From the human T2T-CHM13v2.0 reference genome, Homo sapiens, in assembly GCF_009914755.1 (NCBI RefSeq), contig NC_060928.1: a stretch of DNA of 64,000 bases; one strand, given 5' to 3'. The notes under the pieces were generated by a model. That model was not told the origin of the DNA. It was given only the letters and a program-made list of their open reading frames with translations, and made no database searches. Shown one piece after another: positions 44,679-60,441 of this stretch (position 1 is its first letter; each line of letters opens with the position of its first letter). The position numbers were made by a program, and so were the translations under genes.

Positions 44679-46293
44679 ACACACTGCCTTTCTGCCATGC
44701 AGCAGGAAAACATAAACATATGCAAGTCCTGCCTGGCCAGATCGTAAACAAGGTTAGCCTCTTAAATTTGTCTACAAATTTTCAGGCACCTCTGAAAACT
44801 GTTTTAGCTTTTCCTTGTATATGGCTAGTTCAGACATAGAAAAGGGTACATATACCTATATAGTGTCCTTTTTATCATCTGTCACTTCCCAGAGAGGGCA
44901 AACATTCAAGTTTGCCAGCTGATAAGAGGCCCCACTGCATGTTGTTCTGGTGAAGCTCACGTGTTCCGACAGTGGGGTGTGTACTTAAGACAGGACTCGA
45001 AGGGCAGGGAGAAGACGATGACCAGACACTAGATAACCCTGGAAAACTAGAAGAAATTAATAACATGTTGCACACCTCACCAGAACTGGAAGGAGTCTGA
45101 CTGTGTTCTCATGGGGTTGTCGGACTGGCAGGGGGAGTTCAGCCCCAGCTAAGAAAAGCCTAATATTAAGAGGCACTTGCATTAAAAGGGTAATCAATTA
45201 CGTGCCATCCCTATTTTGTCTTTTCCTCCATCAAACATATAGAAGCCCATTTTAATTTTTTATCCTGACCAAGCATCAGAGAAGCCTATATGTAAAGTAT
45301 TTCCTCCCATTTAGTTTCTCTTCTATAAAACAAATTAAGCTGCAAAAAAAGGAGTCAGACTGAACAGGGGAAATGGGAAGGCTGTAACTTGTATATTGTA
45401 ATGTACTAGTCCATTTTCACACTGCTATGACAAAACTGATAAAACTCTGTCAGGAAAAAAGTGGGATACTGGGTTTAGAAAGTAGGGTCCAGCTGCCCTA
45501 TACCAGCTCATCAAAGATGGCGTTATGGTTAAGAAATGAGAGAAAACTGTTAAGAAAAAGTCCCATGTTCTCCATCTTGAGGCTAATTGTTTGCAGAGGG
45601 TTGTCATAAAAGAGGCTGTCACTAAACAGGTATATCTGATCTTATCATGTAGGGCTGTTAAATACCACATTTCAACTTCTAGTCATAATGATGGAGAGGT
45701 TATTGCTGATTTTTTTTCTGATAATTAAGGTACAAAAATACTAGGTTCCAAGACATCTCTCTTTTTTCAGTGTCACTTGGACCAGTGGCAAATTAAACAA
45801 GCAATCAGCTAAAAGTCAGAGGATCGCTGAGGAAAGCAAAAGCTAAACTGTTTGGGGCCTCTTTCCTGGGGCAGCCTCCAGGCTACTACAAAACAGAGGA
45901 GGTGAGCAGAAAGGTGACAAGATACAGAGCACTCAGGTGAGGGACAGAGAGCACAAGGTGGACAGTCCAAAAAGAGAAAGTGGCAAACATCTTGTTTAGC
46001 CAAATCCATTCTTCTCAATATTCCCAAGGGCCTCTAACCCTGTGAGCTTGGCCTCTAATCTGAGTATGATGCCCCCGGGCCTCTAATTTTTGGGGCTGAG
46101 TGTCTCACCCTAACATTATGCCCTAGGGCCTCTTGCTTAAGTAGTAGTGGATCATCATTCTTGCCCACCAGAATGGCTTCACGACTCTAAAAGACGGCCC
46201 ACTTGCCAGGTGTCAGCTGACTGATTCTGTGTGGATTGTTTTCCTTGGAGTGGGGGTCTTGTCTTGGTGTCCCTTCATGGTGTTGCTGAAAGA

Positions 46294-46856
46294 TGTTGCT
46301 GGAAAAGAGGGTCCTGATACAGACCACAAAGTAGGATTCTTAGATCTTGTGCAGGAAAAAAATTGAGGTGAGTCAGAGAGCACAGTGAAAGAAGCAAGTT
46401 TACTAGAAATGACTCCATTAGAGTTGGACACCCTCAGCAAACAAGAGCAGGAATGCATTGTCTTTTGTTAGTGTCTCTTCTTATAAGTAACTATAAAGAC
46501 AAAGAGTTATAATTAAACTTGGAAGGTGCAAATGTACTCACTAAAGTCGGGGCTATTGGTTTTAACAATGACCATTAACCCATTGACCTAAGCAAGCTCA
46601 TTAATATTATCCTTACAAAAAAAATGCTGCACTCCTAGGACATGTATACGTTTTTCAGGCTTGGTGGAATATGTCTTGTATGACCACAAATATTCTCCAG
46701 TTATAATTTGTGGCCAGCTAAAAAATGTGGCTATTTTCAGACCATGAGCATTAATCTTCTAGATGCCTTGTGAGTACCTAGCTACTCATATTAAGATAGA
46801 GTATTCTAGTCATGTTTACTAAACTAGAAGCTTGTTATTCATGAGTTCCTCTAACA
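46294..46856 (-). mobile_element. 5' LTR of the ERV1 provirus (MER4-group-like; subfamily uncertain)
   Basis: TGTT...AACA termini, adjacent to the PBS-like site. Confidence 0.8.
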
Positions 46857-47084
46857 CAATAAGTCTACTGCTCAAGGAGAAAATGTATTTCTCAGGAATT
46901 CTGTGCATTTTGTTTGATGGAATTTGGTATGTTTACCAAAATGGCAGAAAAGAGTGAAATTAGTCCTCAAAGATTTCTCAAGATTGGATATAAAGTAAGC
47001 AAAATGATTATAGGTAATATGCAAGTTGATACAGTTGATATTCAAGAGAAATTTGAAACACAATGACATTTTTATTTTTACTTA

Positions 47085-47384
47085 TTTATTATTATTATTA
47101 TTTTGAGACAGAGTCTTCTCTGTTGCCCAGGGTGGATTGTAGTGTACCATCCTGGCTCACTGAAACCTCCACCTCCCGGGTTCAAGCAATTCTCCTGCCT
47201 CAGCTTCCCAAGTAGCTGCGATTACAGGCATGCATCAACACACCCAGCTAATTTTTGTATCTTTAGTAGAGATGGGATTTCACTCTGTTGGCTGGGCTTG
47301 TCTCAAACCCCTGACAACAGGCGATCTGCCCACCTGGGCCTCCCAAATTGCTGGGATTACAGGCATGAGCCACCACTCCCAGCC
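47085..47384 (-). mobile_element. AluS element
   Basis: Reverse Alu, TSD acaatga(c/g)attttta. Confidence 0.9.
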
Positions 47385-49038
47385 ACAATGAGATTTTTAA
47401 ATAATTCTAACTGATTTCCTGCTGTTGAGCAGGGAGCTGAGCAAATTCAACAGATCATGGGCCTAAAGTAGGAGAAGACTAAGGACAAACTCTAGAATGC
47501 ATGTGATTAAATTAATTACAATTGAAACCAAATCAAATTTAATAAGGCTGTACCTCTTAGTTTCAAGATGTTTCCCCTCACTTTGAAATGTGGTGTTATT
47601 CAGTGGAAAATAACAGGGTTCCCTGCAGGGATTGATTGACTGAGAGCTATGGCTCAGGATTAAAAATCCTTTTTTCCACTTATAAATGAAAAATAAATTT
47701 TGTCATAAAGTAGGCTGTCACTAAACAGGCATATCTGATCTTATCATGTAGGGTTGTTAAATACCACATTTCAACTTCTAGTCATAATGATGGAGAGGTT
47801 ATTGCTATAAACTAAACTAAAAATAAATAAACTAAAAATAAATTTCTAAGCCCCTATTGACTAAATGGACACCTCTTCTTGGATAAGGACATTCCAAAGT
47901 TAACATGAAAAGCTAGTTCAAGCCATGGGTCACACAGGCCTCATTATACTCTCCTCCCTTTGGTTTTAATTTTGATTTCAATTTTTAATTTATTTTTGTG
48001 GGTACATAGTTGGTGTATATATTTATGGGGATACATGACATACTTTGATACAGGCATGCAATGAGTAATGCATAATAAAAAAATGGGGTGTCCATCCCCT
48101 CAAGCATGTATAGCTTGTGTTATAAACAATCCAATTATACTTTTAGTTTTTTAAAATGTATAGTTAAATTATTTTTGACTATAGTCACCCTGTTGTGCTA
48201 TCAAATGCTGTCTTATTCATTCTTTCTAACAATTTTTTGTACCCATTTCACATCCCCACTAACACCCTGTTCCCTCACTGCCCTTCCCAGCCTCTGGTAA
48301 CCATCCTTATACTCTCTATCTCTATGACACCAATTGTTTCGAATTTTAGCACACACAAATAAGTGAGAACATGTGACATTTGTCTTTCTGTGCCTACTTA
48401 TTTCACTTAACATAAAGACTTTCAGTTCCATTTATGTTATTGCAAATGGCAGACTCTCATTCTTTCTTATAGCTGAATAGTACTCCACCGTGTATATGTA
48501 CCATATTTTCTCTATCCAGTCAGCTGTTGAGGGACATTTAAGTTCCTTCCAAATCTTGGCTATTATAAACCCTGCTGTAGCAAATATGAGAGTGCCAATA
48601 TGTCTTTGATCTACCAATTTTATTTCTTTTAGGCATATACTGAGCAGTGGGATTGCTAGACCTTATAGTAGCTCTATTTTTAGTTATATCAGGAACATCC
48701 AAACTGTCCTTAATTGTGCTCCCAACAACAGTGTACAAGGGTTCCCTTCACTCCACATACTCACCAGCATTGGTTTTTGACTGACTTCTGGATAAAAGCC
48801 ACCTTAACTGGGGTGAAATGATATCTCATTTTGGGTTTGATTTGCATTTCTATGATGATCAGTAATGTGTAGCACCTTTTCATTTGCCTGCTTGACATTT
48901 GTATGTCTTCTTTTCATAAATGTCTATTTAAATTTTTTGTCCATTCTTTAATTGGATTATTATATTTTTATAGAATTTTTTGAACTCAATATATTGTAGT
49001 GTATTAGTCTGTTTCAGCACTGCTATAAAAAAATACTC

Positions 49039-49655
<617 letters not shown>

Positions 49656-50639
49656 AAGACTGAGTAATTTATAAAGGAAATGGGTTTAATTGACTCACAG
49701 TTCCACATGGCTTGGCAGGCTTCAGGAAACTTACAATCATGGCAGATGGGGAAGCAGTCACCTCTTACATGACAGCAGGCGAGACAGCATGTATGTGAAG
49801 CAAAGGGGGAAGAGTCCCTTATAAAACCATCAGATCTCATGAGAACTCACTCACTATCAGAAGAACAGCCTGGGGGAAACCACCCCCATGATCCAATCAC
49901 CTTCTGCCGGGTCTCTCCCCCAAAACCTGGGAATTACAATTCAATATGAGATTTGGGTGGGGACACAAAGCCTAACCATATCATGTAGCTATTAATTGCC
50001 TTTCAGATGGATAACTTACAAATATTTTCTCCCATTCTGTGGATTTTCTCTTCACTTTGTTTATTGTTTCCTTCACTTTAAAAAGGCTTTCTGATTTGCT
50101 GTAATCCCATTTGCCCGTGTTTGTTTTGGTTGTCTGTGCTTATGGGGCACTATTTAAGAAATTTTTGCCCAAACCAATGCCCTAAAGGGTTTCCCCAATG
50201 TTTTATTGTAAAAATGTGATAGTTTGAGATGTTAGGTTTAAGTCTTTAATTCATTTTAATTTGATTTTTTATGTGGCAAGAAATAGGGTTCTAGTTTTAT
50301 TCTTCTGCCTATGACCTGCCACTTTTCCCAGCCCTATTTATTACAAAAACTGTCTTATTTTTTGTTGTATATTCTTGGCACTTTTGTTGAAAATAAGTTT
50401 AGCTTAGCTGTATGAGTTTGTTTCTAAGGTCTCTATTTTGTTCCATTTGGCTTTATGTCTGTTTTTATGCTAGTGTCATGCTGTTTTAATTACTATAACT
50501 TAGTAGTATAATTTAAAACCAGGTAATGGAATTCCTCCAGTTTTGTTTTATATACTCAGCACAGCTTTGACTATTATGGTGTTTTGTGACAGTTCCATAT
50601 AAATTTCAGAATTTTTTTTCTGTTTCTGTGAGGAATGTC

Positions 50640-50936
50640 TTTTTTTTTTTTTTTTTTTTTAGATGGCATCTCGCTCTGTCACCTAGACTGGAGTGCAGTG
50701 ATGCAATCTCGGCTTACTGCAACCTCTGCCTCCTGGGCTCAAGCAATTACCTACCTCAGCCTCCTGAGTAGCTGGGAAGGCACCCGCCACCATGCCCAGC
50801 TAATTTTTTTGTATTTTTAGTAGAGATGGGGTTTCACAAATTTGGCCAGGCTGGTCTTGAACTCCTGACCTCATGGTCCACCCACCTCGGCCTCCCAAAG
50901 TGCTGGGATTACAGGCATGAGCCACTGCCCCTGGCC
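50640..50936 (-). mobile_element. AluS element
   Basis: T-tail plus reverse Alu. Confidence 0.9.
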
Positions 50937-51290
50937 TGTTATTTTGATAGAGATGGCATGAAATGTATAGATTTCTTTGGATTGTATGGACATTTTAGAA
51001 AAATACTGATTCTTCCAATCTGTGAACATAAAAATATCTTTCCAATTTTTGGGTCCTTTTTCATTTCTTTTATCAGTGTTTTACAGTTTTAATTGTTGAG
51101 AACTTTTATTTCTTTGGTAAGTTCCCACACATTGTGTTTTATTTGTGGCTATTGCAAATAGTGTTACATTTTTGAATTCTTTTTCACTTTGTTGACTGTT
51201 GGCATATAGCATTCCTACTGATTTGTATATGTTGATTTTGTATTCTGCAAATTTACTCAAGTTATTACTTCTAATAGTTTTTTTGGTGGA

Positions 51291-53743
51291 TGTATTAGGC
51301 CATTCTCACATTGCTATAAAAAAAAATCAGTGACCGGTTAATTTGTAAAGGAAATAGATTTAATTGGTTCATGGTTCTACAGGCTGTACAGAAAGCATAG
51401 CACTGGCTTCTGCTTCTGGGGAAGCCTCTGGCAACTGACAAGGTGAAAAATAAATCCGATGCTTGCACATCACATGGTAAGTGCGAGGGCAGAGTGTAAG
51501 TGCTACACACTTGTAGATAACCAGCTCTCGTGAAAACTTACTATTGTGGGAATGGCACCAAAGGAAATGATGCTAAACTCTTCATGGAAATCCTGCCCTC
51601 TTGATTCAATCACCTCCCCACTAGGCCCACTTCCAACATTGAGGATTACATTTCAGTATAAGATTTTGGTGGGAACACACACCCAAACTATATCATTTTG
51701 CCCTGGCCATTCCAAATCTCATATCCTTCTCATATTTCAAAATACAATCATGACTTCCCAATAATTCCCAAAGTCTTAACTCATTTCAGCCTTAACTCAA
51801 AAGTCAAAAGTCTCATCTAAGACAAAGCTAGTTTATTCCTCCTATAAGCCTGTAAAATAAAAAAACAAGTTAGGTACTTCCAAGATACAAATGGGGCAGA
51901 GGCATTGGGTAAATACTCCTATTCTAAAAGGAAGAAATCAGCCAAAAGAAAGGGGCCACAGGACCCACGAAAGTCTGAAACCCAGAAGGGCAGTTACTGA
52001 ATTATAAGGCTCTAAAATAATTATTTTTGACTCTGTGTCCCATTTCCAGGGCACACTAATGCCTTGGGAAGGTTCAACCTTGTGACTTTGCATGGTTCCG
52101 CCCCCATAGCTGCTCTCATGGGCTGGCATTGTGTACCTCTGGCTGGTATTGTGTGTCTCTGGCTTTTCCAGGTGCAAGGTGCAAGCTGTAGCTAGATCTA
52201 CCATTATGCGGTCTGGAGGACAGTGACCTTCTCCTCACAGATCTACTAGGCCATGCCCCAGTGGGGAGCCTGCATGGGGACTGTCACCCCACATTTCTTT
52301 TCTCCATTGTTTTAGTAGAGGTTCTCCATGAATGCTCCACCCCTGCAGCATGCTTCTGTCTGCACACCCTGGCTTGTTCACACATCCTTTGAAACAAAGG
52401 TGGAAGATCCCAAGTCTCAACTCTTGCATTTTGTAAACCCACAGGCCTAACACCACATGGAAGCTACCAAGGCTTATGGCTTGCACCCTCTGAAGCAGTG
52501 ACTGGAGTTGTAACTGGATCAATTTGACCTACACCTGGAGCTGAAGCAATGGTCAGGATGCAGGGAGCCATGTTCCAAAGCTACCCAAGGCAGCAGATCC
52601 TGGGCCTGATCCCAGAAACTATTCTCTTCTTTTAGGCCTCAAGGCCTGTGATTGGGGGCTGCCTTTCAGATTTCTAAAATGCCTTCAATTCCTCTTTCCC
52701 ATTGTCTTGGCTATCAACACTTGCTTTTTTTTTAGGTTATACAAATACCTCTAACAAGTCGTTGCTCCATAGCGTGCTTGAGTTCCTCTCTTATAAAATC
52801 TTTTTATTTTTTAGGCACAGGACTAGGCTGCAAAGTTTTTAAGCTTTTACACTATGCTTCCCTTGTAAGTATAAGTTACAACTTATATATTTTTTTTGCT
52901 AGATCATGTGAGCATAGGTTGTTAGAAGCAGCCAGGCAACATCTCAAATGCTTTGCTGCTTAGACATTTTTCCAACAGAAAACTTAAATCATCAATTTCA
53001 AAATCAAAGTTTTATATATCCCTAGGGCATGACAGAAATTCAGCCAGCCACTTTGCTAAGACAACATGCATGACTTTTGTTTCGGTCCTAATAAGTTTCT
53101 AATTTTATCTGAGACCTCCTCAGCTTGGCCTTCACTGTCCAGATCACTAACAGCATTTTGGTCACAGCCATTCAACCAGTCTCTAAGAAAATCTCAACTT
53201 TCCCTTATTTTTCTGTCTTCCTCTGAATCCTACAAACTCTTCCAACCTCTGCCTGTTTATCCAACTACAAAGCTAATTTCACATTTTCAGGTATTCTTAT
53301 AACAATTTCTCACTCCTTGGTGCCAATTTTCTGTATTAAGCTATTTTTGCATCACTATAAGAGTGGGACTGGATAATTTATTTTTAAAAAAGGAGGTTTA
53401 AGTGGCTCATGGTTCTACAGGCTGTAGAGAAGACATAGCACTGGCATATGCTTCTGGGGTGGCCTGTAGAAGTTTACAGTCATGGCAGAAGTTGAAGCAG
53501 AATCTTGCACATCAAAGGGCAAAAAGCTGGAGCAAAAAACAGAGGGGCGAGTTGTTACACACTTTTAAATAACCAGATCTTGTAGGAACTCACTCACTAT
53601 TATGAGGATAGTACCAAGTGGGACGGTGCTGAGCCATTTCTGAGTAATCCACCCCAATGGTTAAATCACCTGGCCCACCTCCAACATGGAGAATTACATT
53701 TAAATATGAGATTTGGGAGGGGACACACGTTCAAACCCTATCA
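51291..53743 (-). mobile_element. Full-length MST MaLR (LTR 51291-51695, internal region, LTR 53332-53743)
   Basis: Two TGTATTA...TATCA LTRs around ~1.6 kb MaLR internal sequence; TSD gtgga/gagga. Confidence 0.88.
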
Positions 53744-54115
53744 GAGGAGTCTTTATGTTTTTTCAAATATAAGACTATGTCATTGGCAAAAAAAGATAAT
53801 TTGACTTCTTTTCCAACTGGGGTGCCTTTTATTGCTTTCTGTTGTCTGATTGCTCCAGATAGGACTTTCAGAATTATGTTGAATAACAGTGGTAAAAGTG
53901 GACATTCTTGTCATCTTCCAGATTTTAGAGGAAAGGCTTTTAGTTTTTCCCCACTTAGTATGATACTAGCTGTGGGTCTGTCATATATGACTTTTATTAT
54001 GTTGAGGTATGTTCATTCCATACCGAGTTTTCAAAGAGTTTTTTATAATTAAAGAATATTAAGTTTTATCAAATAATTTTTTAGCATAATTGAAATGATT
54101 ATATGGATTTTGTCC

Positions 54116-54419
<304 letters not shown>

Positions 54420-55863
54420 CCTTCATTCTGTTTATGTGATGTATCACATTGATTAATTTGAATGTTGAACCATCTTTGCATCCCTGGGATAAATCCCACT
54501 TGGTCATTATGACTTACCTATTTATGTATTGTTTAATTGAGTTTGCTAGGTGTTTTGCAAATTTTTGCACCAATATTCTCAGATATGGGCCTGTAGTTTG
54601 CCTTTTTAATGTGTCTTTGTCTGGTTTTGATATCAGGGTAATACTAGCCTCAAAGAATGAGTTTGGAAATGTTCTTTCCTTCTCTATTTTTCAGTCTGGT
54701 CCTACTGACTTTTTTATTAAGGCTTTAATTTTGTTAATTGTTATTGGTCTGTTCAGGTTTTAGATTTTTTCCTAGTTCAATCTGGGTAAGCTGTGTGTAT
54801 CTAAGAATTAATTTCCTCTAGGTTTTCTAATTTGTTGGCATACAATTGCTGATAGTAGCCACTAATGACCTTTTGATTTTCTGAAGCGTTACTTGTAATG
54901 TCTCCTTTTTCACCTCTGATTTTACTAATTTCTATCTTCTCTGTTTTTTAGTTAGCCTGTCTAAATATTTGTCAACTGTTTTACTTTTCAAAAAATCAAC
55001 TTTTTGTTTCATTAATCTTTTGCATTGTTTTCTTCATTTTATCTTTATTTACTTCCACTGTAATCTTTATTATTTCTTTCCTTCTAATTTTGGGTTTGGT
55101 TTGGCCTTTTCATTCTAGTTAATTAAGATGTATTGTTAGGTTATTTATTTGAAGCTTTTCTGTTTTTTATGTAGGCACTTACAGTTATAAATTTTCCTTT
55201 TATAATAGTACCTCTTTTACTATATTCCATAGGTTTTGCTATGCTATGTTTCCATTATCATTTGTTTCAAGAAATTTTTCTGTGTTCTTCTTAACTTTTT
55301 TATCGACCTACTAATCATTCAGGATCATATTGTTTAATGTCCACGTGTGTGTATAGTTTCTGAAATTCCTTTTTAAATTGATTTCTAGTTTTATTCCCTG
55401 TCGTCAGAGAAAATGCTTGATATTACTTCAATTTTTTGGAATGTTTTTAGACTTGTTACTTAACATATGGTCTATCCTTGAGAATAACCCATGTGCTGAG
55501 GAGAAGAATGTTTATTCTGCAGCTGTTGCATGAAATTTTCTGTAAATATCTATTAGGTTCATTTGTTCTATAGTGCAGATTGTCTGATGTTTCTTTGTTG
55601 ATTTTCTGTCTGCAAGGTCTATCCAATGCCTAAAGTGGGGTATTGAAGTGTCCAGCCATTATTGTATTGAGGTCTCTTTCTTTAGCTCTTATAATATTTG
55701 CTTCATTTATCTAGGTGCTTTAGTGTTGAGTGCATATATATTTTCAATTATTATATCCTCTTGATGAATTGATCTGTTTATTATTATATAATGACCTTTT
55801 TAATCTCTTTCTACAGTCTTCTGTTGAAATCTATTTTTGTCTGGTATAAGTATAGCTATTTCT

Positions 55864-56268
55864 GCAAAGAACTCAAACAAATTTACAAGAAAAAAACAAA
55901 CAACCCCAGTGGGTGAAGGATATGAACAGACACTTCTCAAAAGAAGACATTTATGCAGCCAACAGACACATGAAAAAATGCTCATCATCACTGACCATCA
56001 GAGAAATGCAAATCAAAACCACAATGAGATACCATCTCACACCAGTTAGAATGGTGATCATTAAAAAGTCAGGAAACAACAGGTGCTGGAGAGGATGTGG
56101 AGAAATAGGAACACTTTTACATTGTTGGTGGGACTGTAAACTAGTTCAACCACTGTGGAAGACAGTGTGGCTATTCCTCAAGGATCTAGAACTAGAAATA
56201 GCATTTGACCCAGCCATCCCATTACTGGGTATATATCCAAAGGATTATAAATCATGCTGCTATAAAAA
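55864..56268 (+). mobile_element. Internal L1PA ORF2 fragment
   Basis: [22 protein letters not shown]...KDYKSCCYK; no 3'UTR. Confidence 0.88.
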
Positions 56269-57028
56269 AATGGAGGCTTTCTAAATAGATCTTCATTAAT
56301 GTTGAGGTTTTAAGTCTTGGTCTCAGCCAAAAGGAATTCCTCGCATACCCAGGAGGGATGAAACACTTGCATTGTCGCGTTAGATATTCTTAGAGAGAAA
56401 GAGGACCACGCGTAATGGAAAATTGCTAACTTTGCCTCAGGGAGACCAGGTTGATTCACTGAGAAAGTTTGAATTGGTTTAGAAAGCATAGTTCTGAGTT
56501 TTCTAGGAGAAGGAGAAAAGTTAGGGTAGGGCATAAGAAGTAATGCCCACATCAAAAAGTTAGAAAGATCTCAAATTAACAACCTAACATCACAACTGAA
56601 AGAATTAGAGAAGCAAGAAGAATTCAACCACAAAGTTTATAGAAGACAAGAAATAACTAAAATCAGAGCAGAACTGAAAGAAATAGAGACATGAAAAACT
56701 ATTCAAAAAATCACTTAATCAAAGTTTTTTGAAAAAATTAGTAAGATAGATAGGGTACTAGCTAGATGAATAAAGAAGAAAAGAGAGAAGATTCAAATAA
56801 ACAAAATTAGAAATGATGAAGGGAATGTTACCACTGACCCCAGAGAAATAAAAATAACAACCAGCAACTACTATGAACACATCTACACACACAAACTAGA
56901 AACCCTAGAAAAGATGGATAAATTCCTGGCCACATACACCATCTCAAGGCTGAACCAGGAAGAAACTGAGTCCCTGAACAGACCAATAATGAGCTCCAAA
57001 AATTCAATCAGTAGTAAATAGCCTACCA

Positions 57029-57078
<50 letters not shown>

Positions 57079-58841
57079 CCCAGGACTTGATAGATTAATA
57101 GTAAAATTTTAACAGATATACGAAGAAGAGCCAGTACCATTCCTACTAAAACTATTTCAAGAAATAGAGGAGGAGGGACTCTTCCCCAACTTGTTCTACA
57201 AGGCCAGCATCATCCTGATACCAAAGCCTGGCAGTGACACAACAAAAAAAGAAAGCTTCAGGCCAGTATCCTTGATGAACATCCATTCAATAATCCACAA
57301 CAAAATCCTTGCAAACCGAATCCAGCAACACATCAAAAGTCTAATTCACCACAGTGAAGTAGGATTCTTCCCTGGAATGGAAGGTTGGTCCATCATGGGC
57401 AAATCAATAAAATGTGATTTATAACATAAATAAAACTAAAGACAAGAACCACGTAATTGTCTCAATAGACGCAGAAAAGCCTTCAGTAAAATTCAGCAAT
57501 GCTTCATGTTAAAAAGTCTCAATAAATGAGATATTGAAGGAACATACCTCAAAATAATAAAGGCCACCTATGACAAACTCACAGCCAGCATTATACTAAA
57601 TGGGCAAAGTCTGGAAGCATTCTCCTTGAAAACTGGCACAAGACAAAGATGCCCTCTCTCACCACTCCTATTCAACACAGTATTAGAAGTCCTTGCTGGA
57701 GCAATCAGACAAGAGAAAGAAATAAAGTGTATTTAAATAGAAAGAGAAGTCCAACTACCTCTGTTTGCAGACAACATAATTCTCTATCTGAACCCTATAG
57801 TTGTGACCCAAAAGCTCCTTAAGCTGATACAACTTCCACACAGTTTCAGGATACAAAATCAATGTACAAAATTTGCTAACATTCCTACACACCAAGAAGA
57901 GCCAAACTAAGAGCCAAATCAGAGAGGCAATTTTATTCACAATTTCCACAAAAAGAATAAAATACATAGGAATACAGCTAACCAGGGTGGTGAAAAATCT
58001 CTATAATGAAAATTACAAAACACTGCTCAAAGAAGTCAGAAAAAACACAAACAAATGAAAAATCATTCCATGTTAATGGAGAGAAAGAAGTAATATCATT
58101 TAAATGGTTGTACTGCCCAAAGCTATATTAAACTACCAATGACAGGCTTCACGGAAGTAGAAAAAGCTATTTAAAAATTCGCATAGAACCAAGAAAGAAC
58201 CTAAGTAGCCAAGGCAATCTGCAAAGCTTGAGGCATCACATTACTTGACTTCAAACTATACTACAGCACTACAGTAACCAAAACAGCATGGTACTGGTAT
58301 AAAAACAGACACATACACCAATGGAACAGAATAGAGAGCCCAGAAATAAGACCACAGACCTACAATTATCTAATCTTTGACAAAGCTGGCAAAAACAAGC
58401 AATGGGGAAAAGATTTCCTATTCAATAAATGGTGCTGGAATAACTTGCTAGCCATATGCAGAAGATTGAAGTTGGTCTTCTTCCTTATACCACACACAAA
58501 AATCAACCCAAGATGGATTAAATACTTAAATGTAAAACCCAAAACTATAAAAGCCCTGGAAGACAACCTAGGCAATACCATCCTGGACATAGAAACAGGC
58601 AAAGATTTCATGATAAAGACACCAAAAACAATTACAACAAATGCAACTATTGACAAGTGGGATCTAATTAAACTTAAAAGCTTCTGCTCAGCAAAAGAAA
58701 TTATCAATAGAGTGAACAGACAACCTATAAAATGAGAAAAAGTATTTACAAACTATGTCTCTGACAAGGATCTAATATTCAATATAAGGAACTTAAATTT
58801 ACAAGAGAAAAACAAACAACCCTATTAAAAAGTGTCCAAAG

Positions 58842-60441
58842 AATTGTCTATTCATGTCCTTAGCCTACTTTTTGATGGGATTGTTTGTTTTTTTTCTTGC
58901 TAATTTGTTTGAGCTCATTGTATATTCTGGATATTAGTTCTTTGTCAGATATACAGATTGTGAAGATTTTCTCCCATTCTGTGGATTGTCTGTTTACTCT
59001 GCTGACTGTTCCTTTTGCCGTGAAAAAGCTCTTTAGTTTAATTAAATCCCACCTATTTATCTTTGTTTTTCTTGCATTTGCTTTTGGGTTCTTGGTCATG
59101 AAATCTTTGCCTAAGCCAATGTCTAGAAGGGTTTTTTTGATGTCATCATCTAGAATTTTTATACTTTCAGGTCCTAGATTTAAGTTCTTGATCCATCTTG
59201 AGTTGATTTTTGTATAAGGTGAGAGATAAAGATCCAATTTCATTCTCCTACTTGTGGCTTGCCAATTATCCCAGTACCATTTGTTGGGTAGGGTGTTCTT
59301 TCCCCACTTTGTTTTTGTTTGCTTTGTCAAAGATCAGTTGGCTGTAAATATTTGGGTTAATTTCTGGGTTCTTCATTATGTTCTATTTGTCTATGTGCCT
59401 GTTTTTATACAAGAACCATGCTGTTTTGGTGACTATGGTCTTATGATATAGTTTGAAATCAGGTAATGTGATGCCTTCTGATTTGTTCTGTTTGTTTAAT
59501 ATTGCTTTGGCTATGCGGGCTCCTTTTTGGTTCCATATGAATTTTAGGATTGTTTTTTCTAGTTCTGTGAAGAATGATGATGGTATTTTGATGGCAATTG
59601 CATTGAATTTGTAGATTGCTTTTGGCACTACGGTCATAGACAATTCTCAGAAGATATACAAATGGCCAACAAACATATGAAAAAATGCTCAACATAACTA
59701 ATGATCAGGGAAATGCAAATTACAACCACAATGCAATGCCACCCTACTCCCACAAGAATGGTCATAATAAAAAAATAGTAGATGTTGGTGTGAATGTGGT
59801 GAAAAGGGAACGCTTCTGCACTGCTGGTGGGAATGCAAGCTAGTACAATCACTATGGACAATAGTGTGGCGATTCCTTAAAGAACTAAAAGTAGAAGTAC
59901 CATTTGATCCACCAATCCCACTACTGGCTATGTACCCAGAGGAAAAAAAAGTCATTATAAGAAAAAAGATACTTGCACACACATATTTATGGCAGCACAA
60001 TTTGCAATTGCAAAAATGTAGAACCAATCCAAGTGCCCATCAATCAACGAGTGGATGAAGAAACTGTGGTACATACGTACGATGGAATACCACTCAGCCA
60101 CAAAAAGGAATGAATTAATGGCAGTTGCAGCAACCTGGATGGGATTGAAGACTATTATTCTAAGTGAAGTAACTCAGGAATGGAAAACCAAACATCATAT
60201 ATTCTCACTTATAATTGGGAGCTAAGCTATAAGGATGCAAAAGCATAAGAATGACACAATGGACTTTGGGGACTCAGGGAGAAAGGGGAGAAGGTGGTGA
60301 GGGATAAAAGGCTACAGATTGGGTTCAGTGTATACAGATGAGGTGATGGATGCACCAAAATCTTACAAATCAATCAATAACTTACCAATGTAACCAAATG
60401 CCCCCTGTTGTCCTAAAACCTATGGAAATAAAAAAATGTTT
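58842..60441 (+). mobile_element. 5'-inverted (twin-primed) L1PB-type insertion
   Basis: Minus segment 58842-59635, plus segment from 59636 with a 10-bp overlap atagacaatt; TSD aaaaagtg(tc/gg)caaag. Confidence 0.88.

Noticed and set aside
57032-57077. Long poly(A) inside an old L1
   Set aside because: Sits at a natural A-run of ORF2; simple slippage expansion with no TSD
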